A stretch of 40,124 nucleotides of DNA, from UHGV virus genome UHGV-2156197. The stretch is one strand, 5' to 3'. The notes under the pieces were generated by a model. The model was not told where the DNA came from. It did not search any database and worked only from the letters and a program-made list of their open reading frames with translations. Every line of letters begins with the position of its first letter. Positions within the stretch are counted from its first letter, which is position 1. The DNA comes from a virus. Positions 1-9,098 of the stretch are shown piece after piece. The position numbers and the translations under genes were made by a program.

Positions 1-141
1 GGCCTGCTTCATTGTCCAGTTCCAGTTAACCTTGCTCAGTTCCTGGACAAACCGTTGCGTGGTGACGGTCTTCCGGCCATTTGGTTCCTGCTGTATCGAA
101 GCATACCAGGCTATTTCAATATCGCTGCGTCGTGGCATCAT
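1..141 (-). CDS. hypothetical protein, 5' part only (gene runs off the window start)
   Basis: ATG-ATG at 141/138 on the minus strand with AGAGGG SD-like motif upstream; 47 codons open to the window edge (MMPRRSDIEIAWYASIQQEPNGRK...); divergent from the dinI-like promoter. Not in the ORF track because truncated. Confidence 0.3.
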   Translation of the reverse strand, partial: MMPRRSDIEIAWYASIQQEPNGRKTVTTQRFVQELSKVNWNWTMKQA

Positions 142-152
142 CACGCCCTCTC

Positions 153-181
153 TTGAATACCGCATAAAAACACAGTATAAA
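153..181 (+). promoter_or_regulatory. sigma70-type promoter of the dinI-like gene
   Basis: -35 TTGAAT (153-158), 17-bp spacer, -10 TATAAA (176-181); AAGAGG SD at 202-207 before ATG 217. Confidence 0.45.
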
Positions 182-201
182 TACTGTATATCCATCCAGT
201 A
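182..201 (+). promoter_or_regulatory. LexA (SOS) box
   Basis: TACTGTATATCCATCCAGTA: CTGT-N8-CCAG 20-mer directly after the -10, same CTGT...CCAG variant as I recall for the E. coli dinI operator. Confidence 0.6.
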
Positions 202-216
202 AAGAGGCAATAAGCA

Positions 217-459
217 ATGTTCGTGGAACTCGTTTATGACAAAAGGAATTTTGATGGTCTGCCCAGTGCAAAAGATATCATTCTGGGCGAATTGACCAGG
301 AGGGTTCACCGGATCTTCCCCGATGCTGATGTCCGGGTTAAACCGATAATGACACTGCCAGCGATCAACACTGACGCCAGCAAGCATGAGAAGGAGCAGA
401 TAAGCCGTACTGTTCAGGAAATGTTTGAAGAGGCTGATATGTGGCTGGTTTCAGATTAA
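217..459 (+). CDS. dinI: DinI-family DNA-damage-inducible protein (prophage moron)
   Basis: 80 aa; alignable to E. coli DinI as recalled (GEL-RR--FPD...ISR-VQE-FEEADMWLVSD); LexA box in promoter. Confidence 0.8.
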   Translation: MFVELVYDKRNFDGLPSAKDIILGELTRRVHRIFPDADVRVKPIMTLPAINTDASKHEKEQISRTVQEMFEEADMWLVSD

Positions 460-587
460 ACGCCTTGAACCGTAATATTGCTTAAGTACAATCCGCCATG
501 ACTGGCAATCATTCAATACTCGCACTATCGAACGTTCGCCAGTCGGCCGCAATCATGCTCTTGCATACGGTGTGGTTGCGGCAACTA

Positions 588-1682
588 TCAATTTTTAACG
601 GCAGATGACTGTTCCAGCAAACTGTCTACTTTTTCATTCAATTCTTTTATTGCCTGAAGACAGAGTGCAACGACGCCAGAATATTCCACCGTATAGCTAC
701 GCTTGCTGTCATCTCGTTTTTTAACAAGATGACGGGTGATTGTCGTCTCGCCGCCCGCATTGATTTCTTCAACAGACTCATACTGATCATGATCTTCAAA
801 GACTGATCCGACAGCCTCCGGCAGGACTTTTATAAGCTCCTGGGCAATCACACCGGAAGATGGCAGGCCGCTGTCCTTCCAGTTGAAGGTTACACCGTTT
901 AGAGCCATCACTTTACCAAGTGCGTCTTCAATGGGTTTTATGTCGTTTTTTTTATCGGCATCTGAAGTCTGGTTCAGCGAGACGCAGGTAATATTTCCTT
1001 GTGTATTGAAATTACCGTTCTGACGCATAGCAAAATATTTTTCTGTCCCGGTATTTGTTGCAACGGTAGTTACAAAAACCAGATCACCAAAATTCTCACA
1101 AAATCCGTAGGCCATCTTTTTTAAAGTGGATGGATAAAGAAATGACCACTCACCATAACTTGAGTCCTGAGTTACTACCCCACTAGCTCCAACGCTATAA
1201 ACTGGGGTGGCAATGGTTCCGCCTGTTTTCCCATTCACAGTACCTAGTTGGGGATCTTTGCTGTCTACTTTATCCGCGAGGTTGTCAGAAAGATATTTCC
1301 ATGACGGCCCGGTGAATGTAGTGCCATCCGGTAACTTCACGGTGATGCTGCCAGCACCACTGTAAACCTGCTGCCAGTTCTGTTTGTCGTAATTCAGGCC
1401 TCGCAGCGCTTCAGCACTTTGCGCCACCAGCGCCGCGGTGACCATATTCAGCGCCACACGAGGAACAGCTGACCAGGCCGCGCCAGATTGTGTTGGCCCG
1501 GTAAAGTTACTGACCAGCGTCAACGCTGTACCACTTTCCACAGATTTAACCGGGAGCGTGTAGGGAATGCCACCGACAGTAACAACAATAAAATCTCCGG
1601 CTGCCACCTCGGTGGTAAACGCGGTCCCGCTGCCAGCGACCGCAGCAGAGTTATTCGTCAGGGTTAAGGTTCCTGCTGACAT
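588..1682 (-). CDS. tail fibre protein with C-terminal intramolecular-chaperone (peptidase S74-like) domain
   Basis: 364 aa; Gly/Thr/Ala-rich N-terminus typical of side tail fibres; C-terminal SDADKKNDIKPI...GVTFNWKD motif block matches the auto-cleaving chaperone domain of endosialidase-type fibres. Confidence 0.7.
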   Translation of the reverse strand: MSAGTLTLTNNSAAVAGSGTAFTTEVAAGDFIVVTVGGIPYTLPVKSVESGTALTLVSNFTGPTQSGAAWSAVPRVALNMVTAALVAQSAEALRGLNYDKQNWQQVYSGAGSITVKLPDGTTFTGPSWKYLSDNLADKVDSKDPQLGTVNGKTGGTIATPVYSVGASGVVTQDSSYGEWSFLYPSTLKKMAYGFCENFGDLVFVTTVATNTGTEKYFAMRQNGNFNTQGNITCVSLNQTSDADKKNDIKPIEDALGKVMALNGVTFNWKDSGLPSSGVIAQELIKVLPEAVGSVFEDHDQYESVEEINAGGETTITRHLVKKRDDSKRSYTVEYSGVVALCLQAIKELNEKVDSLLEQSSAVKN

Positions 1683-1703
1683 GGATATCTCCTGAATTCA
1701 GAT

Positions 1704-1737
1704 AATAAAAAACCCGCCGGAGCGGGTTGTTTTTTGG
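1704..1737 (-). terminator. rho-independent terminator downstream of the lipoprotein gene
   Basis: Hairpin AACCCGC-CGGA-GCGGGTT (1711-1728) flanked by A-run on plus and T-run 1729-1737; read on minus strand gives stem plus TTTTTATTATC. Confidence 0.55.
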
Positions 1738-1744
1738 TAAGGCA

Positions 1745-1981
1745 TTAAGAGCAATTCGAACGGGTGAAGTTATTTTTATTCACCCATCGCCAGTTAAATG
1801 GATAACCGGCTCTGTACTCAGTCTGATTTGCAACTTTTCGTACACCGTAAATCTGCACTGACTGGGGCAGCCCACCAACCACTAACTCAGCCTGACAAAC
1901 AGGTTTCTGTTTCTCCAGAACAGGTCCTGAACATGCTGAAAGCACCAGACAGGCAATAACTGGAATAATTATATTTTTCAT
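1745..1981 (-). CDS. small lipoprotein, possible Cor-like superinfection-exclusion protein
   Basis: 78 aa; signal peptide with lipobox LSAC-S; sits between host-range genes and tail fibre; AT-rich upstream region. Cor assignment is inference from size and position only. Confidence 0.6.
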   Translation of the reverse strand: MKNIIIPVIACLVLSACSGPVLEKQKPVCQAELVVGGLPQSVQIYGVRKVANQTEYRAGYPFNWRWVNKNNFTRSNCS

Positions 1982-2089
1982 TTCGACACCAGAGTTAATT
2001 ATTTAAACAAAAAATAACCAATGGCATTGAATAATAAAAATAGTTTTAATAGATCAATATTCTTAAATTGATCGTTTAAATCGATCGGT

Positions 2090-2764
2090 TTAATCATATG
2101 CGGCTGTGTTTATCGCCGTTATTACAATCCCGCTATTCGTCGTTCCGACTGAAGAACCACTTGCTGTTGTTGATGAAAGTCCTTTTATTCTTGTTCCTAC
2201 ACCTTCATTGAAGCACCCCGTTCCCACATCCACAGGCTGGATTATTGGTTGTCCGCCAGGTGCTGAACCAGCATGCAGAAGAACAGACCCCAGCCCCATC
2301 GGATTTACGGCCCATTTGCCTGCCATGTATGTATCGATGTTAAGCCCACCCGTTGCAGCGCCGGGTGAGCCTATAGTTGTAAGGTCGCTTAATACCCGGG
2401 ACTCATTCGTAAGTACCAGTGTCCCTTCGGCATCCCATATAGCCACACCCCAGGCAGGAAGGGTGAGCGGATATATAGCAAAAAAATACGCCTCCAGCAC
2501 GAAAGCCGAACCTCTGTAATTAGACGCATCAACACTGAACGTGTTGCCACTTTTTGAAGCTGATATCTTCGCCGGGGCGCTGGTTCGTGCAAATGCAATC
2601 CCTCCCTTCTGACCGTCGACAGTCACGGACGCCGAAGCACTGTTAAAATCCCCTCCAAAAGTTGAGTTTACAGTGACTTTCCGGTAAAGCGTCATTGGTG
2701 TGGAATCAGGCGTGATAAAAGGGTTCCCGTTAGGTAATGAAATCAATGCGCCATATTTAGCCAT
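2090..2764 (-). CDS. hypothetical tail-associated protein
   Basis: 224 aa, ATG start, tightly packed directly after the upstream gene in the host-range module downstream of J. Confidence 0.55.
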   Translation of the reverse strand: MAKYGALISLPNGNPFITPDSTPMTLYRKVTVNSTFGGDFNSASASVTVDGQKGGIAFARTSAPAKISASKSGNTFSVDASNYRGSAFVLEAYFFAIYPLTLPAWGVAIWDAEGTLVLTNESRVLSDLTTIGSPGAATGGLNIDTYMAGKWAVNPMGLGSVLLHAGSAPGGQPIIQPVDVGTGCFNEGVGTRIKGLSSTTASGSSVGTTNSGIVITAINTAAYD

Positions 2765-3082
2765 CTACGCAGTCTCCGCAAAAACGATTAACTGCACTTT
2801 GACTGCCGGGTAATCATTAATCCCATCACTACCTGAAGGCTGTATTGTTATGGTGTTTCCAGATGCAATAATGCTTCTTTTGTCTGTATAACTTATTGTC
2901 CCTTTATCCTCCAGAGTACCAACCGCAAAACCAACCTTTAAACCAGGCTCCAGACTGAACTGGTAGCTTCCCGTTTTCTGACCTAAAGCAAGATCGATGA
3001 TACCCACCACGGTTACAGGTTTAATGCCATAGTTATTCGGGACGCCGTTAGTGTCCCATGAGGCAAATCCAAAATCAGACAT
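2765..3082 (-). CDS. hypothetical tail-associated protein
   Basis: 105 aa, ATG start overlapping the J stop by 8 bp (coupled). Confidence 0.5.
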   Translation of the reverse strand: MSDFGFASWDTNGVPNNYGIKPVTVVGIIDLALGQKTGSYQFSLEPGLKVGFAVGTLEDKGTISYTDKRSIIASGNTITIQPSGSDGINDYPAVKVQLIVFAETA

Positions 3083-6000
3083 TGGGAGCCACTCCTGTTA
3101 GTTTACCAATCTGCACAAGCACACGACCTTCCGGCCCCGTAAAGGAAAGATTGTTGTCGGCTTTAGAAAGACACCACCCCCCCTGATTTGCAACTTTGTA
3201 ACCTTCTGACCAGATAGAACCTGAGATTTTCGCATTGTTGATTGCGGCGTTAGCAATTTTGGCGCTTGTTATACTTCCATTCTGAATAAACGCATCGCTG
3301 ATAAACACCTGACCATTAACAACAGCAAAGGGTGAATATTGCGTATCACCGCTGCCACTCATCAGGACGAACTGGTTTGCGTTAAACCCGACACGAGTGA
3401 CCACTGGCTTACCCGCTTCGGCCAGCACCGCGATCGACATCCCGGCGTTATACATCACACCGTTTATTCGAACTCCGGTTTTAAGGGTGTAAATTGCAGA
3501 TGCCCCGGTCGCATCAACCACGGCGGTGAGCTTATCTTCCAGCGCAGCAGTCACATCATTGAACTGCGCCTGCACCTGCGTCGACATTTCAGCCATGGCC
3601 TTATCGACCTGCGCAATGGTCGTTTTAACCACCAGAATATCCGCGCGTACCTCGCCGTACTGCGCCCACTGGTGTTCCACGGTTGCATGGTTGGCCAGCG
3701 CGTTCTGCAATGCGGCTTCAAGATTGGTATCAATGTCGCCGGTCAGGCGGTCACCGTCGGCAGATGTCAGGAAGTCATCAGCAATATCGCCCAGGTAGTC
3801 GTCAGCATTCGCATTAGATTCACCACGAACCCAGTCGGTCCACCCTGATTCATTACCCGTTCTGTCTACCAGCTGCGCGCGGTACCAGAACTCCTGACCA
3901 GCCTTCAAACCCAGTTGGGTGTATTCGGCAGACGGATAAGGCACATCCGACAACAAAAGGGGATTTGAGAAATCACTGTTCGCGGTGTACTGAATTTCCG
4001 TTTTCAGCGTGTCCCCGGTATTAGCCGGGAATCCCCAGTTCAGGCGAATCCCCCAGTTGATCGGCGTTGTCGCAAAGCCGACAGGTTTCGGCGGATTTCC
4101 CACCTTGCCCGTCAGCGTTTTCTCTTCGGAGTAGCCCCAGCCAGAGGAAATTTCAGAGGCATTAATAGCGCGCACACGCACGAGGTAGCGCCCGGCATAA
4201 ATACCCGATACATCAAATGACGTGGTGGAGCTGCGCGGCACGTTAACCCAGTTCCCGTCGTTGCGGCGCCATTGCGCTTCATAGGCGATAGCGTTCTGCG
4301 CCTGGTCCCAGCTCACGCGCATCGTTTCGACGCTAATATTCTGCTGCACCACTGAAAAGGAGCTGATCACGATGTTCGCAGGCGGCGACTGGTTACCCGG
4401 CGGGATCACACTCACCGGCCGCTGGTCAATGATGGCTCCGGTATCAATACGGGCATATTTATCCGGATCGTGCCATGCGCCAGTAATCGAGAAGGTACCA
4501 TCATTGTTATCGGAGACACTGACAACACGATACTGCTGGGCGTAGAGTTCATCTGACTCAACCACCCATACAGCTTCGGCCTGTGGTGTCTCACTGTATG
4601 CCGTGGTGACTGTGACTGATTCCCCGTTAACCGCCTGAATAGTCCTGCTCTGTGACGCACCGGAGGGAAGATTGAGAATAAGGCGATCGCCTGCTGCTGC
4701 ATCAGCTACGCGGTCAAGTTTAATCACGCGACCGTTAACAGCACTGATGCGGCCGCCCATAACTTTGCCGGACAGAAGCTCGTCTGACACGGCGATGATG
4801 TATCCCGGCTGCGGAATGTTTCCGTCCAGGCCAACATCAAACGAAACAACGCGATCCTTGTTGTTGGTGAGAATACCCCAGCGCCCCTTTCGGTTCGCTT
4901 CTGATTGCCTGGTACAGCCGATGGCTGTCATTTCCAGCTGATTAAATCCGTACCGGGCCACCAGAGGCTGCTCAAACACCGGCTCCATCGCATCTGCATA
5001 GGCGTTACCCGGATCAGACCAGGAAACCAGCGCCGTGGTATACCGCGTTTTTGTCGTGCTGCTGGAATAGGTAAAGCGTCCGTCGATAACGTTAGCGCGG
5101 GTGTAAGCGTAATCCACATCTCTCGGCATATCGGCAAGCGCAACAATCTGATCACCGCCCCAGTAGGTCATGCCACGGAAGATAGCAGCAAAATCACGCA
5201 GGACTGTGTAAGCGTCGTTTCGGTCCTGAATGTACACGTTGCAGGTATAACGTGGTTCGGTACCGTTGCCCCCTTTGCCGTCTAGCACCATCTGATCACA
5301 ATACTGGGCAACCTGATAAAGCGTCCATTTATCGATGTTAGCGGCAGTCAAACGGTGACCGAGGCCGAACCGGTCAGAAACAACCAGATCGTAAAAAATC
5401 CACGCAGGGTTATCCGTCCATGCCCACTTAAACGCACCGGTCCATGTACCGCTATAAATACGGGTTTCAGGGTCGTAGGTATCTGGAACGCGGATAACAC
5501 GACCGCGGGGCTCGCAGGAGATCTGCGGGATAGAACCGTTAAACTGGCTGGAATCGAATTCGATGTAGAGTAACGCTGTGTTTGGATAGCGTAACTTGGC
5601 GTCAATCACCTCAGTGAAGCTCTGCAGCGTCATCGTGTCGCCGATCTTCGCGCTGTTGGCGTCAGAGGTTATCTTACGCAGGCGGATTGTCCAGGTGCTT
5701 CCAACCTGCGGTAAATCAATACGGTGGCTGCGCTCGTAACCAGACGTTGTTTTTCCGGTCACGCTGGTATTGAGTACCGTCTGCCATGCGCCGCCGCCCG
5801 TCTGCAGGTCAATCGCATAATTGACCGAGTAACCGACCAGATCACCGTCGTCCTCCTGTTTGAAAAGCGATGGCCATTTCAGACGCAGGCGAACTGCCGA
5901 AAGCTGCGTATTGGTAAACGTTCGCGTCCAGGCTGTGGCGCTTGATACCTCAGTTCCCACGCTGATTTCGTTTTCGGTACCGGGAATACCCTGAATATAC

Positions 6001-6251
6001 TTTTGCGCCTGCGTTCCCGCGCGAAACTCCCACGTCACGCCGCTGAAGTTTTGGGAGCCATCGGCGTTCTCCAGCGCCGTTCCGTCCAGGTAGATATCTT
6101 TGCCGGTTAATTGTCCTGCAAATTCACCTTCGCCAAGCGCAACGAGGATTTTGGCTTTCGCTACAGATTGCAGATCATCAGGCTGTTCGGTAGGGGTTCT
6201 GGAACTGGAGCTGCCGCCCTTGCGGCCCTTTAACACTTTTTCTTTAGCCAT
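3075..6251 (-). CDS. J: host specificity / central tail fibre protein J
   Basis: 1058 aa; long-range similarity to lambda gpJ as recalled (e.g. YPNTAL, NPAW-FYD, YCDQ-V-DG-GG-EPR-TCN blocks). Confidence 0.9.
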   Translation of the reverse strand: MAKEKVLKGRKGGSSSSRTPTEQPDDLQSVAKAKILVALGEGEFAGQLTGKDIYLDGTALENADGSQNFSGVTWEFRAGTQAQKYIQGIPGTENEISVGTEVSSATAWTRTFTNTQLSAVRLRLKWPSLFKQEDDGDLVGYSVNYAIDLQTGGGAWQTVLNTSVTGKTTSGYERSHRIDLPQVGSTWTIRLRKITSDANSAKIGDTMTLQSFTEVIDAKLRYPNTALLYIEFDSSQFNGSIPQISCEPRGRVIRVPDTYDPETRIYSGTWTGAFKWAWTDNPAWIFYDLVVSDRFGLGHRLTAANIDKWTLYQVAQYCDQMVLDGKGGNGTEPRYTCNVYIQDRNDAYTVLRDFAAIFRGMTYWGGDQIVALADMPRDVDYAYTRANVIDGRFTYSSSTTKTRYTTALVSWSDPGNAYADAMEPVFEQPLVARYGFNQLEMTAIGCTRQSEANRKGRWGILTNNKDRVVSFDVGLDGNIPQPGYIIAVSDELLSGKVMGGRISAVNGRVIKLDRVADAAAGDRLILNLPSGASQSRTIQAVNGESVTVTTAYSETPQAEAVWVVESDELYAQQYRVVSVSDNNDGTFSITGAWHDPDKYARIDTGAIIDQRPVSVIPPGNQSPPANIVISSFSVVQQNISVETMRVSWDQAQNAIAYEAQWRRNDGNWVNVPRSSTTSFDVSGIYAGRYLVRVRAINASEISSGWGYSEEKTLTGKVGNPPKPVGFATTPINWGIRLNWGFPANTGDTLKTEIQYTANSDFSNPLLLSDVPYPSAEYTQLGLKAGQEFWYRAQLVDRTGNESGWTDWVRGESNANADDYLGDIADDFLTSADGDRLTGDIDTNLEAALQNALANHATVEHQWAQYGEVRADILVVKTTIAQVDKAMAEMSTQVQAQFNDVTAALEDKLTAVVDATGASAIYTLKTGVRINGVMYNAGMSIAVLAEAGKPVVTRVGFNANQFVLMSGSGDTQYSPFAVVNGQVFISDAFIQNGSITSAKIANAAINNAKISGSIWSEGYKVANQGGWCLSKADNNLSFTGPEGRVLVQIGKLTGVAPNV

Positions 6252-6261
6252 ATTGCGCCCA

Positions 6262-6285
6262 TAAAAAAAGCCACCCGAAGGTGGC
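6262..6285 (-). terminator. terminator-like hairpin in the I-J intergenic region
   Basis: GCCACC-CGAA-GGTGGC with A7 run on plus (T7 on the coding minus strand), 12 nt upstream of the J ATG. Confidence 0.4.
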
Positions 6286-6303
6286 CTGAAAAAGGTGTGT
6301 TAT

Positions 6304-6894
6304 CTACTGCTGATCTTCGACATAAATTCCGGCAGAAATAATCGCTCCGCCGATTCGCCGACGACCATAAAGAAGCGGGACCGGGTAACCCTGAGCTGCG
6401 GTGTTCGTAACTCCACCGAATGCGTAGGATGCACGGTTATCTGCACTTTGTTTGCTGGCTATGCCAGATGGCTGTGGAGAAAGCATCTGTACAACTCCGC
6501 CTAGCATCATTGCAGCACCAAATTTATATAAAAATGGTGAGGCTGCAGCCCATGGGGTGAAGCTAAGCACGGCACCAGCGGCAACCAACACGGCACCTAA
6601 AACTGTTTGCAGCACCCCGGCTTTTTTGCCCCCAATGATTACAGGCACAATTCTGATTACTTCACCTGTAACGGGAAAGCCAAGGTCGTCAACTCCAATA
6701 TTCTTTTTACCTTTGAAGATGGCAAATGTTAGCCCACGGCTTTTACTGCTAATCATATAACTTTCAAAGCCGGGGATAGTTTTAGCGAGGGCCGTTCCAG
6801 CTTCTGATACTTTATTGATAAGGCGATGGTGTATCTTTCCAAAGATCTTACCCGGCTCTCCACCTAGTTCAATTCGCGTCATTACCTCTTGCAT
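6304..6894 (-). CDS. I: tail assembly protein I
   Basis: Similar to lambda gpI C-terminal region (GGVFQ/VLGA, MMLGGVVQML); track start 6912 is TTG, trimmed to ATG 6894 with GAGGG SD. Confidence 0.8.
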   Translation of the reverse strand: MQEVMTRIELGGEPGKIFGKIHHRLINKVSEAGTALAKTIPGFESYMISSKSRGLTFAIFKGKKNIGVDDLGFPVTGEVIRIVPVIIGGKKAGVLQTVLGAVLVAAGAVLSFTPWAAASPFLYKFGAAMMLGGVVQMLSPQPSGIASKQSADNRASYAFGGVTNTAAQGYPVPLLYGRRRIGGAIISAGIYVEDQQ

Positions 6895-6916
6895 CGTACC
6901 CTCGACTTTCAATTGG

Positions 6917-7267
6917 CTATTGTTGTGATTTATTTGCTCTAATCACAATATTACATTCTTTATTATTTAACTCTCCGGACTGACCAATATCCCTTTGCGT
7001 TAAACAATCATTGGCAAGTTTTCTAACTGCTAATCTTGCATATACATCACCATTATTTGAAAGTAATCCAGTGATAAACTCATTATCAGATCTATTATGC
7101 TTCTGTTGTGCTTCCATCATCGCAATCATAAAGGCGTAATGGCTCACATAAGTTTCAGCAACAGAATTTGATTTTATTTCAGAATGACGTTCAAGATAAT
7201 CGTCTACAGTTCCTGCGTATGAATTAAATAATGTCGATAATAACAATAGACTTAATACAAATTTCAT
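6917..7267 (-). CDS. small secreted protein with signal peptide, moron inserted between K and I
   Basis: 116 aa; MKFVLSLLLLSTLFNSYA signal peptide; visibly AT-rich versus flanking tail genes; GGAG SD 8 nt upstream. Confidence 0.6.
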   Translation of the reverse strand: MKFVLSLLLLSTLFNSYAGTVDDYLERHSEIKSNSVAETYVSHYAFMIAMMEAQQKHNRSDNEFITGLLSNNGDVYARLAVRKLANDCLTQRDIGQSGELNNKECNIVIRANKSQQ

Positions 7268-7295
7268 GGTTTCGCTCCTTTGTTTTGAGCAAAGG

Positions 7296-8006
7296 TTAGC
7301 ACAGAGATTTATAACGTAGAATCTTCATCGTTCTTTCTTGCCAGTAACCGCCATACGGCACGCGCTGACTCAGATGACCGTACAGGTGGTGTAGCAACAT
7401 ATTACCCTCCAGCAGGATTCCCGCGTGGTTCCACTTATCAGCCTGGACCTGCATGATCACCATATCCCCTGGTTTCGGTGGCCCGTCGAATTCACGGAAT
7501 CCGCACTCATACCAGCAATCCTGATAGAAGTTGTCCGGATAGTCGTTTTCCCACCAGGGATAATCCACCCGGTAATCATGGAGCTCGATACCATGAGTTT
7601 GCCGGAAATAGCTCATTACCAGCCCCCAGCAGTCGAAGTGACCAAGCACAAACGGACGCTCCAGCAGCGGCAGTTCTCCACGCGGCTGGATGGTACGTAA
7701 ATCCCCCTCCGGCCAGCTCACGATATGCCAGGGTAAAAGCGTCGCATCGCATTGCGCTTTATCCAGTTCGCTCGGTTGCGTCGTGGCATCAGGGTGACTG
7801 TGAGCGATGGCGATCACCGTTCCCCAGTCCTCAGCAGTTGCATAGTCCTCGGGGCAAAGGACAAAATTGTCCTCCGGCGCCGCGGCAAGATTCCGGCACG
7901 GAAAATAACGTTCAACACGGCTTTTCTGCGCCACCACGCCGCAACACTCACGAGGATATTCTGCTGCAGCATGCGCCATAATCGCATCGATGGTTTTCTG
8001 ACGCAT
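7296..8006 (-). CDS. K: tail assembly protein K (MPN/JAB plus NlpC/P60)
   Basis: N-terminus nearly identical in pattern to lambda gpK (MRQ-TI-AI-AHA-AEYPRECCGVVAQK...YFPCRNL), HSHP motif. Confidence 0.85.
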   Translation of the reverse strand: MRQKTIDAIMAHAAAEYPRECCGVVAQKSRVERYFPCRNLAAAPEDNFVLCPEDYATAEDWGTVIAIAHSHPDATTQPSELDKAQCDATLLPWHIVSWPEGDLRTIQPRGELPLLERPFVLGHFDCWGLVMSYFRQTHGIELHDYRVDYPWWENDYPDNFYQDCWYECGFREFDGPPKPGDMVIMQVQADKWNHAGILLEGNMLLHHLYGHLSQRVPYGGYWQERTMKILRYKSLC

Positions 8007-8007
8007 A

Positions 8008-8763
8008 TCAGCTCCTGATCAAAGATGTTCCGGGGAAACCACCATGCGAAAGCTCGTTATTTTCGCCGAATCGGAGTTTGCAGGCCGTCAGCGTGCCGTT
8101 GCATTCATCCAACGACGGATCGCTTACCGGGTTGTTGTTTTTGTCGAAATAGCGGGTGCCGGCATAGTCACAGCCGTCGCCGGTGCGGTATTTATTACGA
8201 ATGCACCAGGTGCATAGCGAATGAAGTTGCCGGGTAGGGATCATTAATCCCTGCAGGTCCATCGGGCTGGAGAGTGTGAACTCAACCACTTCGTTGGTTT
8301 CACCACTCTTTGCATCGATGTAGAAAACCTTCAGCTTTTCCTGAGTCGGATCTGCTGTGGGGTTGCCATCGACAAAGTTATTTGCATCAAGATATTTGCC
8401 CAGCGTGTCATGAATGGTCACCTTCGCCTGCAGCATATCGTCATAAGCCAGACAAAGTGCCGTTATGGAGCTATCAAGGTTAGCTACCGATAATTTTGGC
8501 TGCGCGCCGCTTCCATTGGTAGATGCCTCGATCCCCTCAATCTGGCAGGGCCAGGCTTTATACTCCTCGCCCTGCCACCAGATCGATTTTGCAGGCAGTT
8601 TATTTTCATCACCTCCGGCGGCAGTAATTGCCGCTTCAGTATGTGCCAGGCTGTAGCTGTGAAATCGCAGCACCTCCCCTGTACCAAAGGCCGTTCCGTC
8701 GACCTCGTAAAGCCTGACTTCATCGCCGGGCTCGAGCTTTTGATAATCAGCGTTCAGACTCAT
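8008..8763 (-). CDS. L: minor tail protein L
   Basis: 251 aa, similar to lambda gpL C-terminal Cys cluster region; overlaps K start. Confidence 0.85.
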   Translation of the reverse strand: MSLNADYQKLEPGDEVRLYEVDGTAFGTGEVLRFHSYSLAHTEAAITAAGGDENKLPAKSIWWQGEEYKAWPCQIEGIEASTNGSGAQPKLSVANLDSSITALCLAYDDMLQAKVTIHDTLGKYLDANNFVDGNPTADPTQEKLKVFYIDAKSGETNEVVEFTLSSPMDLQGLMIPTRQLHSLCTWCIRNKYRTGDGCDYAGTRYFDKNNNPVSDPSLDECNGTLTACKLRFGENNELSHGGFPGTSLIRS

Positions 8764-9098
8764 GGTTTAAATGCCTGCTGGAAAGTTGCGGAAAGGGAAT
8801 AGTTCTCACCTCCCATCGGAGTGGGTTTATACTCGGCGCAACGATATAAACCAAGCGGCTCAAGCGGCGGCTTCCACTGGAACGATTTTGTTCCTCCATG
8901 CCTGTCAAGAAAGGTTTTGATCGCCTGAATATATTCTTCCGTACCAACAAAATTCAGATCCCATTGCTGGCTGCGCGGATTGAGTCCGTCGCCAGAAATC
9001 TGCTCGTAACCATCCCCAAACCTGGCGCTTCTCGTTCTGAATGAGACGGTTTGCGTCGGGCTGACTCTGGGGCTCCAGGTAAAAGTTTCGATAGCCAT
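8760..9098 (-). CDS. M: minor tail protein M
   Basis: 112 aa; RFGDGY-Q and HGG-KSF-W-PP blocks as in lambda gpM. Confidence 0.8.
   Translation of the reverse strand: MAIETFTWSPRVSPTQTVSFRTRSARFGDGYEQISGDGLNPRSQQWDLNFVGTEEYIQAIKTFLDRHGGTKSFQWKPPLEPLGLYRCAEYKPTPMGGENYSLSATFQQAFKP

Noticed and set aside
460-587. Possible attachment site or tRNA fragment between the dinI-like gene and the tail fibre gene
   Set aside because: No recognisable tRNA 3' end, direct repeat or integrase in the window; prophage ends cannot be placed from this sequence alone.
3339-5945. Plus-strand ORFs (for example 3339-3848, 4672-4941, 4905-5285, 5724-5945) inside the J gene
   Set aside because: Antisense shadow ORFs within a well-supported long minus-strand gene; Arg/Cys/His-rich junk composition, no SD or synteny.
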